A stretch of 64,000 nucleotides of DNA from Dehalococcoidia bacterium (GCA_034434875.1 DAOTYJ010000132.1:20130-84129), one strand, 5' to 3'. Positions 1 through 9,575 are shown, numbered from the stretch's first letter. Translations and numbers: made by a program. Notes: generated by a model not told the origin, from the sequence alone.

Positions 1-41
1 GGCGGCCCGGGCGGGCTGAGAGGGGGCCGAACGGAAAAGGC

Positions 42-76
42 CGCCGGGCCGGGGATCTCCCCGGCCCGGCGTTTTG
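42..76 (+). terminator. Rho-independent terminator-like GC hairpin (gccgggccgggga/tccccggcccggc) followed by GTTTT, upstream of the DUF47 gene
   Basis: Perfect GC-rich inverted repeat at 42-70 followed by a T-run at 72-75. Lies in the noncoding leader before the first gene. Confidence 0.45.
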
Positions 77-110
77 GTCAAAGGGGGTAAAATTTAAAGA
101 CCGGCTTTAC

Positions 111-758
111 ATGGTCAGACTGGGCAAGTTTCGCCTGAACCTCCTTCCGCCCTCCGGGGACGAGTTTTACCGCCTCTTTGAGGCCGGGGCCGACCTGATG
201 GTTCAGGCGGCCGAGCTTACCTGGAAGCTTTTCGAGGTCTGCGACCGGGTTGCCGAAAGGGCGGCGGAGGTCCGGGCCCTGGAGGAGCGGGCCGACGAAA
301 TAACCCACCTGGTGATGCGCCAGCTCCACCGGAGCTTTCTTACTCCCTTTGAGCGGGGCGATGTGGCCAGCCTGGCCCACACCCTGGACGAGGTGGTCGA
401 TTACCTGGAGGATGCGGCCGCCCACGCCGCCCTCTATCAGGTCCGCCGGCGGGACCCGGCGGCCGTGCGCCTGGCCGAGCTGGTGAGCCTTCAGGCGGCG
501 GAAGTCCGGGCGGCCGTGCGGCTCCTCCGGGACCCCCGGGCCGGCCGGCAGACCCTGGAGCGGACGGTGGAGATTAACCGGCTGGAAAACGAGGCCGACG
601 CCGTCTTTCGGCAGGCCGTGGCCGACCTGATGACCGGAAAATACGACCTGCTGGAGGTGCTCCGCTGGCGGGACATCTACCAGGGCCTTGAGTCGGCCAC
701 CGACCGGGCCGAAGACGTGGCCAACATCTTAGAGGGGATCGTCCTGGAACGGGCTTAG
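111..758 (+). CDS. DUF47 / PhoU-like phosphate transport regulator (TIGR00153-type), partner of the PiT transporter
   Basis: 215 aa ORF with a helical, PhoU-like composition. It lies immediately upstream of the PiT transporter, with its stop at 756-758 and the GTG start of the next gene at 759. The DUF47-pitA pairing is conserved. Confidence 0.75.
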   Translation: MVRLGKFRLNLLPPSGDEFYRLFEAGADLMVQAAELTWKLFEVCDRVAERAAEVRALEERADEITHLVMRQLHRSFLTPFERGDVASLAHTLDEVVDYLEDAAAHAALYQVRRRDPAAVRLAELVSLQAAEVRAAVRLLRDPRAGRQTLERTVEINRLENEADAVFRQAVADLMTGKYDLLEVLRWRDIYQGLESATDRAEDVANILEGIVLERA

Positions 759-1754
759 GTGGACAAGACGCTGGTCGCCGTCGGGCTGGTGGTTATCCTC
801 GGCCTGGCCTTCGAATTCGTAAACGGGTTTCACGACGCCGCCAACGCCATCGCCACGGTGGTGGCAACCCGGGTCCTTACCCCGGCCCGGGCCGTGCTTA
901 TGGCCGGGGTTTTGAACTTCCTGGGGGCGGTATCGGGCACGGCCGTGGCCACCACCCTGGGCCGGGACCTGGCGGACGCCGGGGCGGTGGACCAGTGGAC
1001 GGTGGTGGTCGGCCTTTCGGCCGCCATTATCTGGGACCTCATCACCTGGTACGCCGGCCTGCCCACCAGCAGCCACGCCCTCATCTTCGGAATTGTGGGC
1101 TCGGCCGTGGCCACCGCCGGCCCGGGGGTGGTTAAGGCCGGCGGCCTCCTGAAGGTGGGGGCCGGCCTGGTCTACTCGCCGGTGCTGGGGTTTCTGGCGG
1201 CGGCCGCCCTGATGCTGGCCATCTTCTGGGTCTTCCGCCATTCCACCTGGTGGCTGGTTACCCGCCTTTTCGGGCGGCTTCAGCTCCTTTCGGCCGCCTG
1301 GATGGCCTTCTCCCACGGCAGCAACGACGGCCAGAAGACGATGGGGGTTATCGCCCTGGCCCTCTTCAGCGGCGGCCTGCTCGGACCGGAGTTTTACGTT
1401 CCCCTCCGGGTGATGGTGGCGGCGGCCCTCGCCATCGCCCTGGGGACCACCGCCGGGGGCTGGCGGATCATCAAGACCCTGGGCTACCGGGTTGCCCACC
1501 TGCAGCCGGTCCACGGCTTTGCGGCCGAAACGGCCGCCGGCACCGTCATCGAGGTGACCAGCCGGGTCGGGATACCCATCAGCACCACCCACGCCATCAG
1601 CGCCGCTATAATGGGAGTGGGGCTGGCCCGGGGGGCCAGGCAGGTCCGGTGGCTGGTGGCCGGGCGGATCGTGGCCGCCTGGGTGCTCACCATCCCGGGC
1701 TGCTTCGCCCTGGGCTGGGCCCTGCGCACCCACGGGAACCTTCTGGTGGCATAA
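759..1754 (+). CDS. pitA: Inorganic phosphate transporter, PiT family
   Basis: 331 aa multi-TM protein with the PiT signature GFHDAANAIAT near the N-terminus. GTG start overlaps the upstream stop. Confidence 0.85.
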   Translation: MDKTLVAVGLVVILGLAFEFVNGFHDAANAIATVVATRVLTPARAVLMAGVLNFLGAVSGTAVATTLGRDLADAGAVDQWTVVVGLSAAIIWDLITWYAGLPTSSHALIFGIVGSAVATAGPGVVKAGGLLKVGAGLVYSPVLGFLAAAALMLAIFWVFRHSTWWLVTRLFGRLQLLSAAWMAFSHGSNDGQKTMGVIALALFSGGLLGPEFYVPLRVMVAAALAIALGTTAGGWRIIKTLGYRVAHLQPVHGFAAETAAGTVIEVTSRVGIPISTTHAISAAIMGVGLARGARQVRWLVAGRIVAAWVLTIPGCFALGWALRTHGNLLVA

Positions 1755-1756
1755 CA

Positions 1757-2788
1757 ATGGGTGATAACCGCCCCATCGTCGGCGTGACCATGGGCGACCC
1801 GGCCGGGATCGGCCCCGAGATCGTGGCCAGGGCCCTGGCCCGCCCCGAACTTTACCGGGAGGTGCGGCCGGTGGTCCTGGGGGATGCGGCCCTGCTGGCC
1901 CGGGCCGCCGAAATCTCCGGCCTCAAACTCGACATAAATATAGTCGAGTCGCCGGGGGCGGGGCGGTTTGTGCCCGGGGTTGTGGACCTGGTCCCGGTGA
2001 CGGCCCTCGACCCCGACCGGGTTCGGTTCGGGCAGGTTCAGCCCCTGGCCGGTTGGGCCTCCTTTGAATACATAAAGAAGTCGGTGGAGCTGGCCCTGGG
2101 GGGCCAGCTGGAGGCGGTAGCCACCGCTCCCATCAATAAGGCCGCCCTCCAGGCCGCCGGCATCCCCTACCTGGACCACACCCAGGCCTACGCCGCCCTC
2201 ACCGGGTCGGCCGGGGTTGTAACCATGTTTGTGGTCGGGGAGCGGCTTAAAATCTTCTTCGCCACCCGGCACGTGGCCCTGCGGCAGGCCATCGCCGAGC
2301 TCACCGTCGACCGGGTTTACGAGGTGCTGGTCCTGGCCGACCGGGCCCTCCGGCGGTTCGGGTTTGCCGGGCCCCGCTTTGGGGTGGCGGCCCTCAACCC
2401 CCACGCCGGGGAGGGGGGGCTTTTCGGGGATGAGGAGCTTACGGTGCTGGCCCCGGCCATCGCCCGGGCCCGGGAAGCCGGGGTCCGGGCCGAGGGTCCG
2501 GTTCCGGCCGACTCGGTCTTTTACCTGTGCCTTCGGGGACATTTCGACGCCGTAATCTCCCTTTACCACGACCAGGGCCACATCGCCGCCAAAACCTACG
2601 ATTTCGACCGGACCGTTTCCCTCACCACCGGCCTGCCCTTTGTCCGGACCTCCGTCGACCACGGGACGGCCTACGACATCGCCGGCCGGGGCATCGCCCG
2701 GGCCGAAAGCATGGCCGAGGCCATCCGGGTCGCGGGGGAGTATGCCCGCCGGCTTCAGGCCGCCCGCCCGCCGGCCCCGGGAGGCTGA
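1757..2788 (+). CDS. PdxA-family 4-hydroxythreonine-4-phosphate dehydrogenase-like NAD-dependent dehydrogenase
   Basis: ATG at 1757 (MGDNRPIVGVTMGDPAGIGPEI). PdxA-family motifs are present (HGTAYDIAG, PHAGEGG). The 1250-start ORF in the track is an overextension into pitA. Confidence 0.75.
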   Translation: MGDNRPIVGVTMGDPAGIGPEIVARALARPELYREVRPVVLGDAALLARAAEISGLKLDINIVESPGAGRFVPGVVDLVPVTALDPDRVRFGQVQPLAGWASFEYIKKSVELALGGQLEAVATAPINKAALQAAGIPYLDHTQAYAALTGSAGVVTMFVVGERLKIFFATRHVALRQAIAELTVDRVYEVLVLADRALRRFGFAGPRFGVAALNPHAGEGGLFGDEELTVLAPAIARAREAGVRAEGPVPADSVFYLCLRGHFDAVISLYHDQGHIAAKTYDFDRTVSLTTGLPFVRTSVDHGTAYDIAGRGIARAESMAEAIRVAGEYARRLQAARPPAPGG

Positions 2789-2789
2789 G

Positions 2790-4079
2790 ATGACGGCCGG
2801 GGCCGACCTGAGGCTCCTCCGGGAGGAGTATGACAACCTCTCGGCCTGCATCCGGTGCGGCCTCTGCCTTTCGGTCTGCCCCACTTACCAGGTTTCCTTC
2901 AAAGAGGAGGAGGGGCCCCGGGGCCGCATCGCCATGCTCAAGGCCCTGGTCGAGGGCCACCTGGGCCTCACCCCCGACCTGGTGGAGCACGAGCTTAACT
3001 GCCTGGTCTGCGAGGCCTGCACGGCCATCTGCCCGGCCGGCTTCCGGATGGAGCCGGCCCAGGTCGCCTTCCGGGCGGCCCTCCCCGACGGGGTGCCCCG
3101 GGCGGTCCGGTTCGGGCTGGAATATTTCCTGGGCGACCTGGGCCGGCTGCGCCGGCTGGTCCGGCTGATGGCCCTGGGCCAGCGGGCCGGCCTGGCGGCG
3201 CTGGCCGCCCAGCTGGACCTTTTCGGCCTGCGGCGGCTCGGCCGGTTTCTGCCCGACCTGCCCGCATCCTTCATCGTGCCCCGGGGGCAGGTCTGGCGGC
3301 CCGCCGCCGGGCCCGTCCGCTACCGGGTGGCCCTCCTGACCGGGTGCGTGATGAGCACCGTCTTTGCCGAGGTTACCCGGGCCACGGTCCGGGTGCTTAC
3401 GGCCAATGGCTGCGAGGTGGTGGCGGCGGCCGGGCAGGGCTGCTGCGGGGCCCTGCACCTGCACAGCGGCCTTTTAGGGTCGGCCCGCCGGCTGATCGAA
3501 AACAACGTCCGGGCCTTCGACCCCGACGGCTTCGACGCCATCGTCGTAAACTCGGCCGGGTGCGGCACCGCCCTTAAAACCTACGACCATTTCGTGCCGG
3601 GGTCCCGGGCGGCGGCCATCGCCCGGAAGACCCGGGACATTACGGAGTTTCTGGACGAAATCGGCCTGGTTCCGCCCCCGGGGGAGGTGCCGGTGGTGGC
3701 CACCTACCAGGAGCCCTGCCACCTGGCCCACGCCCAGCGGATTACGGCCGCCCCCCGGCGGCTTCTTCGGGCGATCCCGGGCCTGCGGCTGGTGGAGCTG
3801 GCCGAGTCGGCCCTCTGCTGCGGCAGCGCCGGAATTTACAACCTCACCCGCCCGGCCTTTGCCGATGCCCTGATGGCCCGCAAGGTTCGGCAGGTTCTGG
3901 CCACCGGGGCCCAGGTGGTGGTCACCGCCAACCCCGGCTGCTACCTGCAGCTGCTGGCCGGGCTGCGGGCGGCCGCCGGCGACGGCCGGCCCGCCGTCGA
4001 GGTGCGGTTCCTGGTGGAGCTTCTGGACCGGGCTTATCAGGGTGCGGCCCGGCCGGTCCTGACGGAGGCTGGCCGGTGA
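2790..4079 (+). CDS. (Fe-S)-binding protein, GlcF-like glycolate oxidase iron-sulfur subunit (two CCG cysteine-rich domains)
   Basis: N-terminal ferredoxin-like CxxCxxCxxxCP motifs (CIRCGLCLSVCP, CLVCEACTAICP). Followed by CCG-domain cysteines (CCGAL, CCGSAG). The ATG at 2790 sits 1 nt after the pdxA-like stop. Confidence 0.7.
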   Translation: MTAGADLRLLREEYDNLSACIRCGLCLSVCPTYQVSFKEEEGPRGRIAMLKALVEGHLGLTPDLVEHELNCLVCEACTAICPAGFRMEPAQVAFRAALPDGVPRAVRFGLEYFLGDLGRLRRLVRLMALGQRAGLAALAAQLDLFGLRRLGRFLPDLPASFIVPRGQVWRPAAGPVRYRVALLTGCVMSTVFAEVTRATVRVLTANGCEVVAAAGQGCCGALHLHSGLLGSARRLIENNVRAFDPDGFDAIVVNSAGCGTALKTYDHFVPGSRAAAIARKTRDITEFLDEIGLVPPPGEVPVVATYQEPCHLAHAQRITAAPRRLLRAIPGLRLVELAESALCCGSAGIYNLTRPAFADALMARKVRQVLATGAQVVVTANPGCYLQLLAGLRAAAGDGRPAVEVRFLVELLDRAYQGAARPVLTEAGR

Positions 4080-5521
4080 ACCGGGAGGGGCTCATCGCCG
4101 CCCTGGCCGCCATCGTCGGGGACGATGGGGTCCATTACCGGCCGTCGGAGCTGGTGGCCTATTCGGTCGACGGCACCTTCCAGCAGGCCCTGCCGGACCT
4201 GGTGGTATCGCCGACCAGCACCGGGCAGGTGGCGGCGGTGGTGCGGGTGGCGGCCGAGGCCGGAATCCCCATCGTGCCCCGGGGGGCCGGAACCAGCCTG
4301 GCCGGTGGGACCATCCCGGTCGGGGGCGGGCTGGTGGTGAACCTGGCCCGGATGAACCGGATCCTGGAGATTGACCGGGCCAACGGGGTGGCCGTCGTCG
4401 AGGCCGGGGTGGTGACGGCCGAACTGCAGCGGGCGGTGGAGGGGGAGGGCCTCTTTTACCCGCCCGACCCGGCCAGCCTCAACCAGTCCACCATCGGGGG
4501 AAACGTGGCCACCAACGCCGGGGGTCCCCGCTGCCTTAAATACGGGGTCACCCGGGACTACGTGCTGGGACTCACGGTGGTGCTGGCCGACGGCCGGGTC
4601 TTGCGGCTCGGGGGAAAGCTCATCAAAAACAAGACGGGCTATCCGCTGGCCCAGCTTTTCGTCGGCTCCGAGGGGACCCTGGGGATCATCACCGAGGTGG
4701 TCCTTAAGCTTCTGCCCCGGCCCCGGCACCGGGCCACCGCCCTGGCCGTCTTTCCCCGGCTGGACGATGCCGCCCGGGCCGTGAATGCCATCCTGGGGGC
4801 CGGCATCCTGCCGGTGGCCCTTGAGCTTATGGACAACCTGACCATAAACGTCGTCGAGGACTACCTCCGGGCCGGCCTGCCCCGGGAGGCCGAGGCCCTG
4901 CTCATCCTGGAGCAGGACGGCAACCACCCCGGGGCGGTCCGGGCCGACGTGGAGCAGATGGCCGCCATCTGCGGCGAGCTGGGGGCCTCCGCCGTCCAGG
5001 TGGCCGCCGACGAGGCGGGGCGGGAGCGGCTCTGGCAGGCGAGGCGGGCGGTCTCGCCGGCCCTGGGGCGGCGGGGCCGCAACAAGCTGGGGGAGGATAT
5101 CGTGGTGCCCCGGGCGGCCATTCCCGAAATGGTCCGCCGAATCCGGCAGATCGGGCGGGAATACGGGTTTGAGATCCCCGTCTTCGGCCACGCCGGGGAC
5201 GGCAACCTCCACCCCAACATCATCTTCGACCTGCGCCGGCCAGGGGAGCTGGAGCGGGTCGAGCGGGCGGCGGCCGCCATCTTCCGGGCCGCCCTGGAGC
5301 TGGGGGGCACCCTTACCGGGGAGCACGGCATCGGGACCCTCAAACGGGAGTTTCTGACCGAGGCTTTGGGGCCGGATGCCGTCGAAGTTATGCGCCGGCT
5401 GAAGGGGGCCCTGGACCCCAAGGGGCTTTTTAACCCCCACAAGATGTTCCCCGAAGCCGACGGTGCGGAGGGGTTCTTGCGGCGACTGCCCCTGCTGGGA
5501 ACGGCCGAAGCCCCCGGCTAA
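4076..5521 (+). CDS. FAD-binding oxidase, GlcD-like (glycolate oxidase / D-lactate dehydrogenase family)
   Basis: 481 aa protein with an FAD PCMH-type domain (PRGAGTSLAGG) and the typical GlcD C-terminal domain. The GTG start overlaps the glcF-like stop (GTGA). Confidence 0.8.
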   Translation: MNREGLIAALAAIVGDDGVHYRPSELVAYSVDGTFQQALPDLVVSPTSTGQVAAVVRVAAEAGIPIVPRGAGTSLAGGTIPVGGGLVVNLARMNRILEIDRANGVAVVEAGVVTAELQRAVEGEGLFYPPDPASLNQSTIGGNVATNAGGPRCLKYGVTRDYVLGLTVVLADGRVLRLGGKLIKNKTGYPLAQLFVGSEGTLGIITEVVLKLLPRPRHRATALAVFPRLDDAARAVNAILGAGILPVALELMDNLTINVVEDYLRAGLPREAEALLILEQDGNHPGAVRADVEQMAAICGELGASAVQVAADEAGRERLWQARRAVSPALGRRGRNKLGEDIVVPRAAIPEMVRRIRQIGREYGFEIPVFGHAGDGNLHPNIIFDLRRPGELERVERAAAAIFRAALELGGTLTGEHGIGTLKREFLTEALGPDAVEVMRRLKGALDPKGLFNPHKMFPEADGAEGFLRRLPLLGTAEAPG

Positions 5522-6771
5522 TCCGGGACGGGACGGGCGGCCTTGACCGGCCCGGCCTCGGGGGCGGCCCGAAGCCTTGAGACGGCAATGGCCGAGATGC
5601 CCCCCAGGACCACCGTAAGCAGGATCAGGCCGTCGACCCCCCGCCAGTCGGCGAAGATTCCCCCCAGGCTGCTGCCGATAAGCTGGCCCACCCCGAGCAG
5701 GACCGAATAGATGCCCATAATGGTGCCCCGCTCGGCCTGGAACCGCTCGGAGATGGCCCCCAGGTAGCTGAGGGCGGCGGGGGTAAAGCCGCTCATCACC
5801 AGGAGGCCGGCGGCCGAAATCACCAGCAGGACCACAATGCGGGTGTGGTTTGCGCCGACCGAGTGATTCAGGAGGAAGAGGCTTGCGGCCGTAAGGCCCA
5901 GACCCGCCAGGCCGATGCGCATGGCCCGGACGGACCCAACCCGGCCGAGGAGCTGGCCCCAGGCCACCACCCCGACGACGAAGAGGAGCACGACTACCCC
6001 GGCGGCGGTGCCGAATTCGGAGCCGCTGAAGCCCCCCACCAGGAGCTGGTGGGGGTCCTTGCGGCGGGTCAGCTGGAAGGCGGCGTGGCTCAGCCAGACG
6101 CCCACCACGGCGTTGACGGCGACCCAGGCGGGCGCCAAGCCGAGAATGTAGCGGAGGCCCGCCGCCAGCTCCTTGAGCCGCCAGTGGCCGGCCCCAGCCC
6201 CAGCCCCCCGCCGAACGGGAACGGTGGTGAGGGCCAGGAGGCTCAGGCCGTAGAGGCCGGCCACCACCCCGAAGGCCCAGCGGTGCAGAAGGTCCCAGAG
6301 GAAGCCGGCGGCCACCACCCCGCTGCCCAGCCCGAGGATGGTGGCGGCCTCAAAAAGGGCCATCACCCGGCCCCGCCGGGCCTCGTCTTCCCCGGCCTCG
6401 TCGGCCAGAATGCTCAGCATCGGCGGGGTCGAAACCCCGGCCGAAAGCCCCTGACAGAGCTTGGCGGCAAACACCCCGAGGAGGGCGTTGGAGAGGGCCA
6501 CGAAGGGGATGGCGACGACCCCGAAGATGGGGCCTAGAAGAAGGGGCCGGCGCCGGCCCCACAGGTCGCTCAGGGTTCCGGCAAGGGGGGCGCTGAGCAG
6601 TTCGGCAATGTAAAATCCGGCGATGGCAAACCCCAGGGACGAGGCCTTAACGGGGTGGAAACCGGCGGCGTCTAGGGCCCCGAATTTTAAATTAATCAGG
6701 GTGCCGGCGGCCGCGGCCGCCAGGCGCAGTAGATATGCCCCCACAAAAAGGAGCCCCAGGGAATTCACCAT
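5518..6771 (-). CDS. MFS transporter
   Basis: 417 aa protein with 12 predicted hydrophobic segments. MFS-type motif GRRRPLLLG after TM2. Convergent with the glcD-like gene, overlapping by 4 nt. Confidence 0.75.
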   Translation of the reverse strand: MVNSLGLLFVGAYLLRLAAAAAGTLINLKFGALDAAGFHPVKASSLGFAIAGFYIAELLSAPLAGTLSDLWGRRRPLLLGPIFGVVAIPFVALSNALLGVFAAKLCQGLSAGVSTPPMLSILADEAGEDEARRGRVMALFEAATILGLGSGVVAAGFLWDLLHRWAFGVVAGLYGLSLLALTTVPVRRGAGAGAGHWRLKELAAGLRYILGLAPAWVAVNAVVGVWLSHAAFQLTRRKDPHQLLVGGFSGSEFGTAAGVVVLLFVVGVVAWGQLLGRVGSVRAMRIGLAGLGLTAASLFLLNHSVGANHTRIVVLLVISAAGLLVMSGFTPAALSYLGAISERFQAERGTIMGIYSVLLGVGQLIGSSLGGIFADWRGVDGLILLTVVLGGISAIAVSRLRAAPEAGPVKAARPVPD

Positions 6772-6837
6772 CCTGCCTCCGATTGCGGCCGGTCTTCCTG
6801 GCCTGCGGCCATTTAATTATAGCTTTTAAAACGGGGC

Positions 6838-7374
6838 CTAGATGGAGGTAGTCCGGGGCAGGCCGAGCAGGCTCCGGGCCATGGTAATTTCCCCCAGGTG
6901 GCCGAAGCCGTGGCAGAGGCAGACCTGCAAGAGGGCCTGGCCTCCCAGAAGCTCCCCGAGGGGCTTTATGGTGAAGGCCCGGCCCAGGGTTTCCTCGTCG
7001 ACTTCGGCCAGGAACGCCCGGGTTGCCGACCAGACCTGCCGCATGTAGTCTTTAAAGGCCTCAGTGTCCCCGATGCGGAGGGCCTGGGCCTCGGCTAGGC
7101 TCATCCCCGTGCCCTGGACCCCCTTGGGGGGCAGGCCCAGCTTTTCGGCCCACCCCCCTTCCATCCAGACGGTGGGCCGCCCCTGCAGGACGAACCGGAC
7201 GATGTTGTCCTCGGTGCGGACGTAGTGCCAGACGGTGAAGCCGATGTGGTTGGCCTGGGGCGCCGGCAGGGCGTGCCACTGCTCCGGCGTCAGGTCCGCC
7301 ACCGCCCGGTCGTAAAGGCCGTGGAGCCGCTCAAACTCGGCCCGGATCTGGGCCAGCCAGTCGAACTTCGACAT
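6838..7374 (-). CDS. DinB/YfiT-family protein (DinB_2 metal-dependent hydrolase-like)
   Basis: DinB-superfamily helical-bundle features with conserved His residues (WHYVRTED, HGFGHLGEI). The true start is most likely the ATG at 7374 (MSKFDW), preceded by a GGGGGAG RBS. The longer track ORF is an N-terminal overextension. Confidence 0.6.
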   Translation of the reverse strand: MSKFDWLAQIRAEFERLHGLYDRAVADLTPEQWHALPAPQANHIGFTVWHYVRTEDNIVRFVLQGRPTVWMEGGWAEKLGLPPKGVQGTGMSLAEAQALRIGDTEAFKDYMRQVWSATRAFLAEVDEETLGRAFTIKPLGELLGGQALLQVCLCHGFGHLGEITMARSLLGLPRTTSI

Positions 7375-7418
7375 CCGGATTCTCCCCCTTCTGTTCTGGC
7401 AGAAGATTATAACCGGTC

Positions 7419-7437
7419 TTTGTGCAAGCTGCACAAA
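7419..7437. promoter_or_regulatory. Perfect palindrome TTTGTGCAAGCTGCACAAA, ~100 nt upstream of glnA; candidate operator
   Basis: 19-nt perfect inverted repeat. Lies in the divergent intergenic region between the DinB-like gene and glnA. Confidence 0.3.
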
Positions 7438-7534
7438 TGCCCGGTCCCGATTTCTTGCGGCCCGACATAGGCCGGGCCCCGGCCCTCGGCTTACACTGGA
7501 ACCGGAGACCGACGATGACCGGAGGTATTATTTT

Positions 7535-9001
7535 ATGACGCAGATTGCTAAGGACGCCATAACCTCGGTTTACCCGAACCCGACGGCCGAGGATGTGCTG
7601 GAGTTTGCCCGCAGTCGCGGGGCGCAGTTTATCGATTTTAAGTTCGTGGACCTGCCCGGCACCTGGCAGCACTTTTCGGCCCCGGTGGCCGCCCTGAGCC
7701 CCCGGGACCTGGAGGAAGGTCTGGGCTTCGACGGGTCCAGCATCCGGGGTTTCCAGGCCATCCACGAAAGCGACATGCTGGTGGTTCCGGACCCGAAGAC
7801 GGCCTTCATGGACCCGGTCTACAAGGTTCCGACCCTGAGCATCATCTGCGACGTCTACGACCCCATCTCCCGGCGGCCGTACACCCGGGACCCCCGGCAC
7901 ATCGCCCGGAAGGCCGAACGCTTCCTGGCCGAGACGGGGATCGCCACCACCGCCTACTTCGGGCCGGAAGTGGAGTTTTACATCTTCACCGACCTGCGCT
8001 TTGACCAGACCAGCCACTCGGGCTTTTACTACATCGGCTCCGACGAGGGAATCTGGGACTCAGGGGCCAACGGGCAGGGCGGCCGGAACCTGGCCTACCG
8101 GCCCCGCTATAAAGAGGGCTATTTCCCGGTTCCCCCGACCGACAAGCTGCAGGACCTGCGGTCCGAGATCGTCCTGCGGCTGATGCAGGTCGGGGTTCAG
8201 GTGGAAGTTCACCACCACGAGGTGGGTACGGCCGGTCAGGGGGAGATCGACATGCGCTTCCAGACCCTGACCAGGATGGCCGACAACGTGATGATTTATA
8301 AATACATCATCAAAAACACCTGCAACGAGCGGGGCTACGTGGCCACCTTCATGCCGAAGCCCATCTTCGGCGACAACGGCTCCGGGATGCACACCCACGT
8401 CAGCCTCTGGAAGGACGGGACCAACCTCTTCTTCGACGAGACGGGCTACGCCCTCCTTTCGGACCTGGCCCGCTGGTTCATCGGCGGCCTGCTGGCCCAC
8501 GCCCCGTCGTTGCTGGCCCTCTGCGCCCCGACCACCAACTCCTACCGGCGGCTGGTTCCGGGCTATGAGGCGCCCATCAACTTGGTCTACTCCCAGCGCA
8601 ACCGCAGCGCCTGCGTCCGGATCCCCATGTACAGCGACAACCCGGCCGCCAAGCGCATCGAGTTCCGGCCGCCGGACCCGTCGGCCAACCCCTACCTGGC
8701 CTTCGCCGCCATCCTGATGGCCGGCATCGACGGCATCATCAACCGGACCGAGCCGCCGGCCCCCATCGACAAGGACCTTTACGAGCTGGAGCCGGAGGAG
8801 GCGGCCGCCATCAAGTCGACGCCGGGCTCCCTGGGCGAGGTCCTGGACGCCCTGGGGCAGGACCACGAATACCTGCTCCGGGGGGATGTCTTCACCCCCG
8901 ACGTCATCGAGACCTGGATAAACTACAAGCGGGAGCGGGAGCTAAAGCAGGTAAACCTCCGGCCCCACCCCTACGAGTTTTACCTCTACCACGACGTCTG
9001 A
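7535..9001 (+). CDS. glnA: Glutamine synthetase, type I
   Basis: 488 aa protein with GS beta-grasp and catalytic domains. Conserved motifs include DGSSIRGF and NGSGMHTH. The ATG is preceded by a GGAGG RBS. Confidence 0.9.
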   Translation: MTQIAKDAITSVYPNPTAEDVLEFARSRGAQFIDFKFVDLPGTWQHFSAPVAALSPRDLEEGLGFDGSSIRGFQAIHESDMLVVPDPKTAFMDPVYKVPTLSIICDVYDPISRRPYTRDPRHIARKAERFLAETGIATTAYFGPEVEFYIFTDLRFDQTSHSGFYYIGSDEGIWDSGANGQGGRNLAYRPRYKEGYFPVPPTDKLQDLRSEIVLRLMQVGVQVEVHHHEVGTAGQGEIDMRFQTLTRMADNVMIYKYIIKNTCNERGYVATFMPKPIFGDNGSGMHTHVSLWKDGTNLFFDETGYALLSDLARWFIGGLLAHAPSLLALCAPTTNSYRRLVPGYEAPINLVYSQRNRSACVRIPMYSDNPAAKRIEFRPPDPSANPYLAFAAILMAGIDGIINRTEPPAPIDKDLYELEPEEAAAIKSTPGSLGEVLDALGQDHEYLLRGDVFTPDVIETWINYKRERELKQVNLRPHPYEFYLYHDV

Positions 9002-9014
9002 CCGGGGGACGGCC

Positions 9015-9060
9015 AGAAATACTGCGGGCGGGAAATTTTCTCCCCGCCCGCAGTATTTTT
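9015..9060. terminator. Bidirectional rho-independent terminator between glnA (+) and rimM (-)
   Basis: Perfect 15-bp stem (AAATACTGCGGGCGG / CCGCCCGCAGTATTT) flanked by A-run and T-run. Lies between convergent genes. Confidence 0.6.
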
Positions 9061-9067
9061 CAGGGGC

Positions 9068-9568
9068 TTAAACTAAGCCGGGTAAAAGCTCCACCACCAG
9101 CCGGTTGGCCGAAAGGTCGACCTCTTTGATAACGTCCTCGATGGCCGGCAGCAGGACCTCCCGGCCCTCGGCGGAGCGGACGACGTAGACGTCGTTGGCG
9201 CCGGTCACGATGATGTCCACCACCCTGCCCAGGACCTCCCCGGCGGTGGTGACGGCCTCGAGGCCGAGGATCTGGAAATGATAGTAGGTGTCGGGGGGCA
9301 GGGGGACGGTCTCGGAGACGGGGACCTCGATGAGGCGGTTCCGGAGGGAGGCCGCCTCCTCCGGGGTCTCGATGCCCGCGAACTTGATGAGGATTCCGTC
9401 CCCCGTGAACCGGCGCCGCTCGATGGTGTAAGGCTGCTCGTCGATATAGACGGTCTTGAGGTCCTTAAAGCGCTCCGGGAAGTCGGTCAGAAGCTGGACC
9501 TTAACCTCGCCCCGGACGCCGTAAGGCCGGCGGACCTTGCCGATGGCCACGAACTTAAGCTCCACCAT
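9068..9568 (-). CDS. rimM: Ribosome maturation factor RimM
   Basis: 166 aa protein with RimM N-terminal and PRC-barrel domains (GKVRRPYGVRGEVKV). Canonical position after rpsP and the KH-domain gene. Confidence 0.85.
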   Translation of the reverse strand: MVELKFVAIGKVRRPYGVRGEVKVQLLTDFPERFKDLKTVYIDEQPYTIERRRFTGDGILIKFAGIETPEEAASLRNRLIEVPVSETVPLPPDTYYHFQILGLEAVTTAGEVLGRVVDIIVTGANDVYVVRSAEGREVLLPAIEDVIKEVDLSANRLVVELLPGLV

Positions 9569-9575
9569 GGTCGGG

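Noticed and set aside
1250-2788. 512-aa ORF extending the PdxA-family gene ~500 nt upstream across pitA
   Set aside because: The upstream part overlaps the well-supported PiT transporter in another frame. It has no family similarity. The PdxA similarity begins at ATG 1757. Open frames of this kind are expected at ~70% GC.
7419-7437. GlnR/TnrA box upstream of glnA
   Set aside because: The palindrome is TGTGC-N5-GCACA (15-nt core). It is not the 17-nt TGTNA-N7-TNACA GlnR/TnrA consensus. It is kept only as a generic candidate operator.
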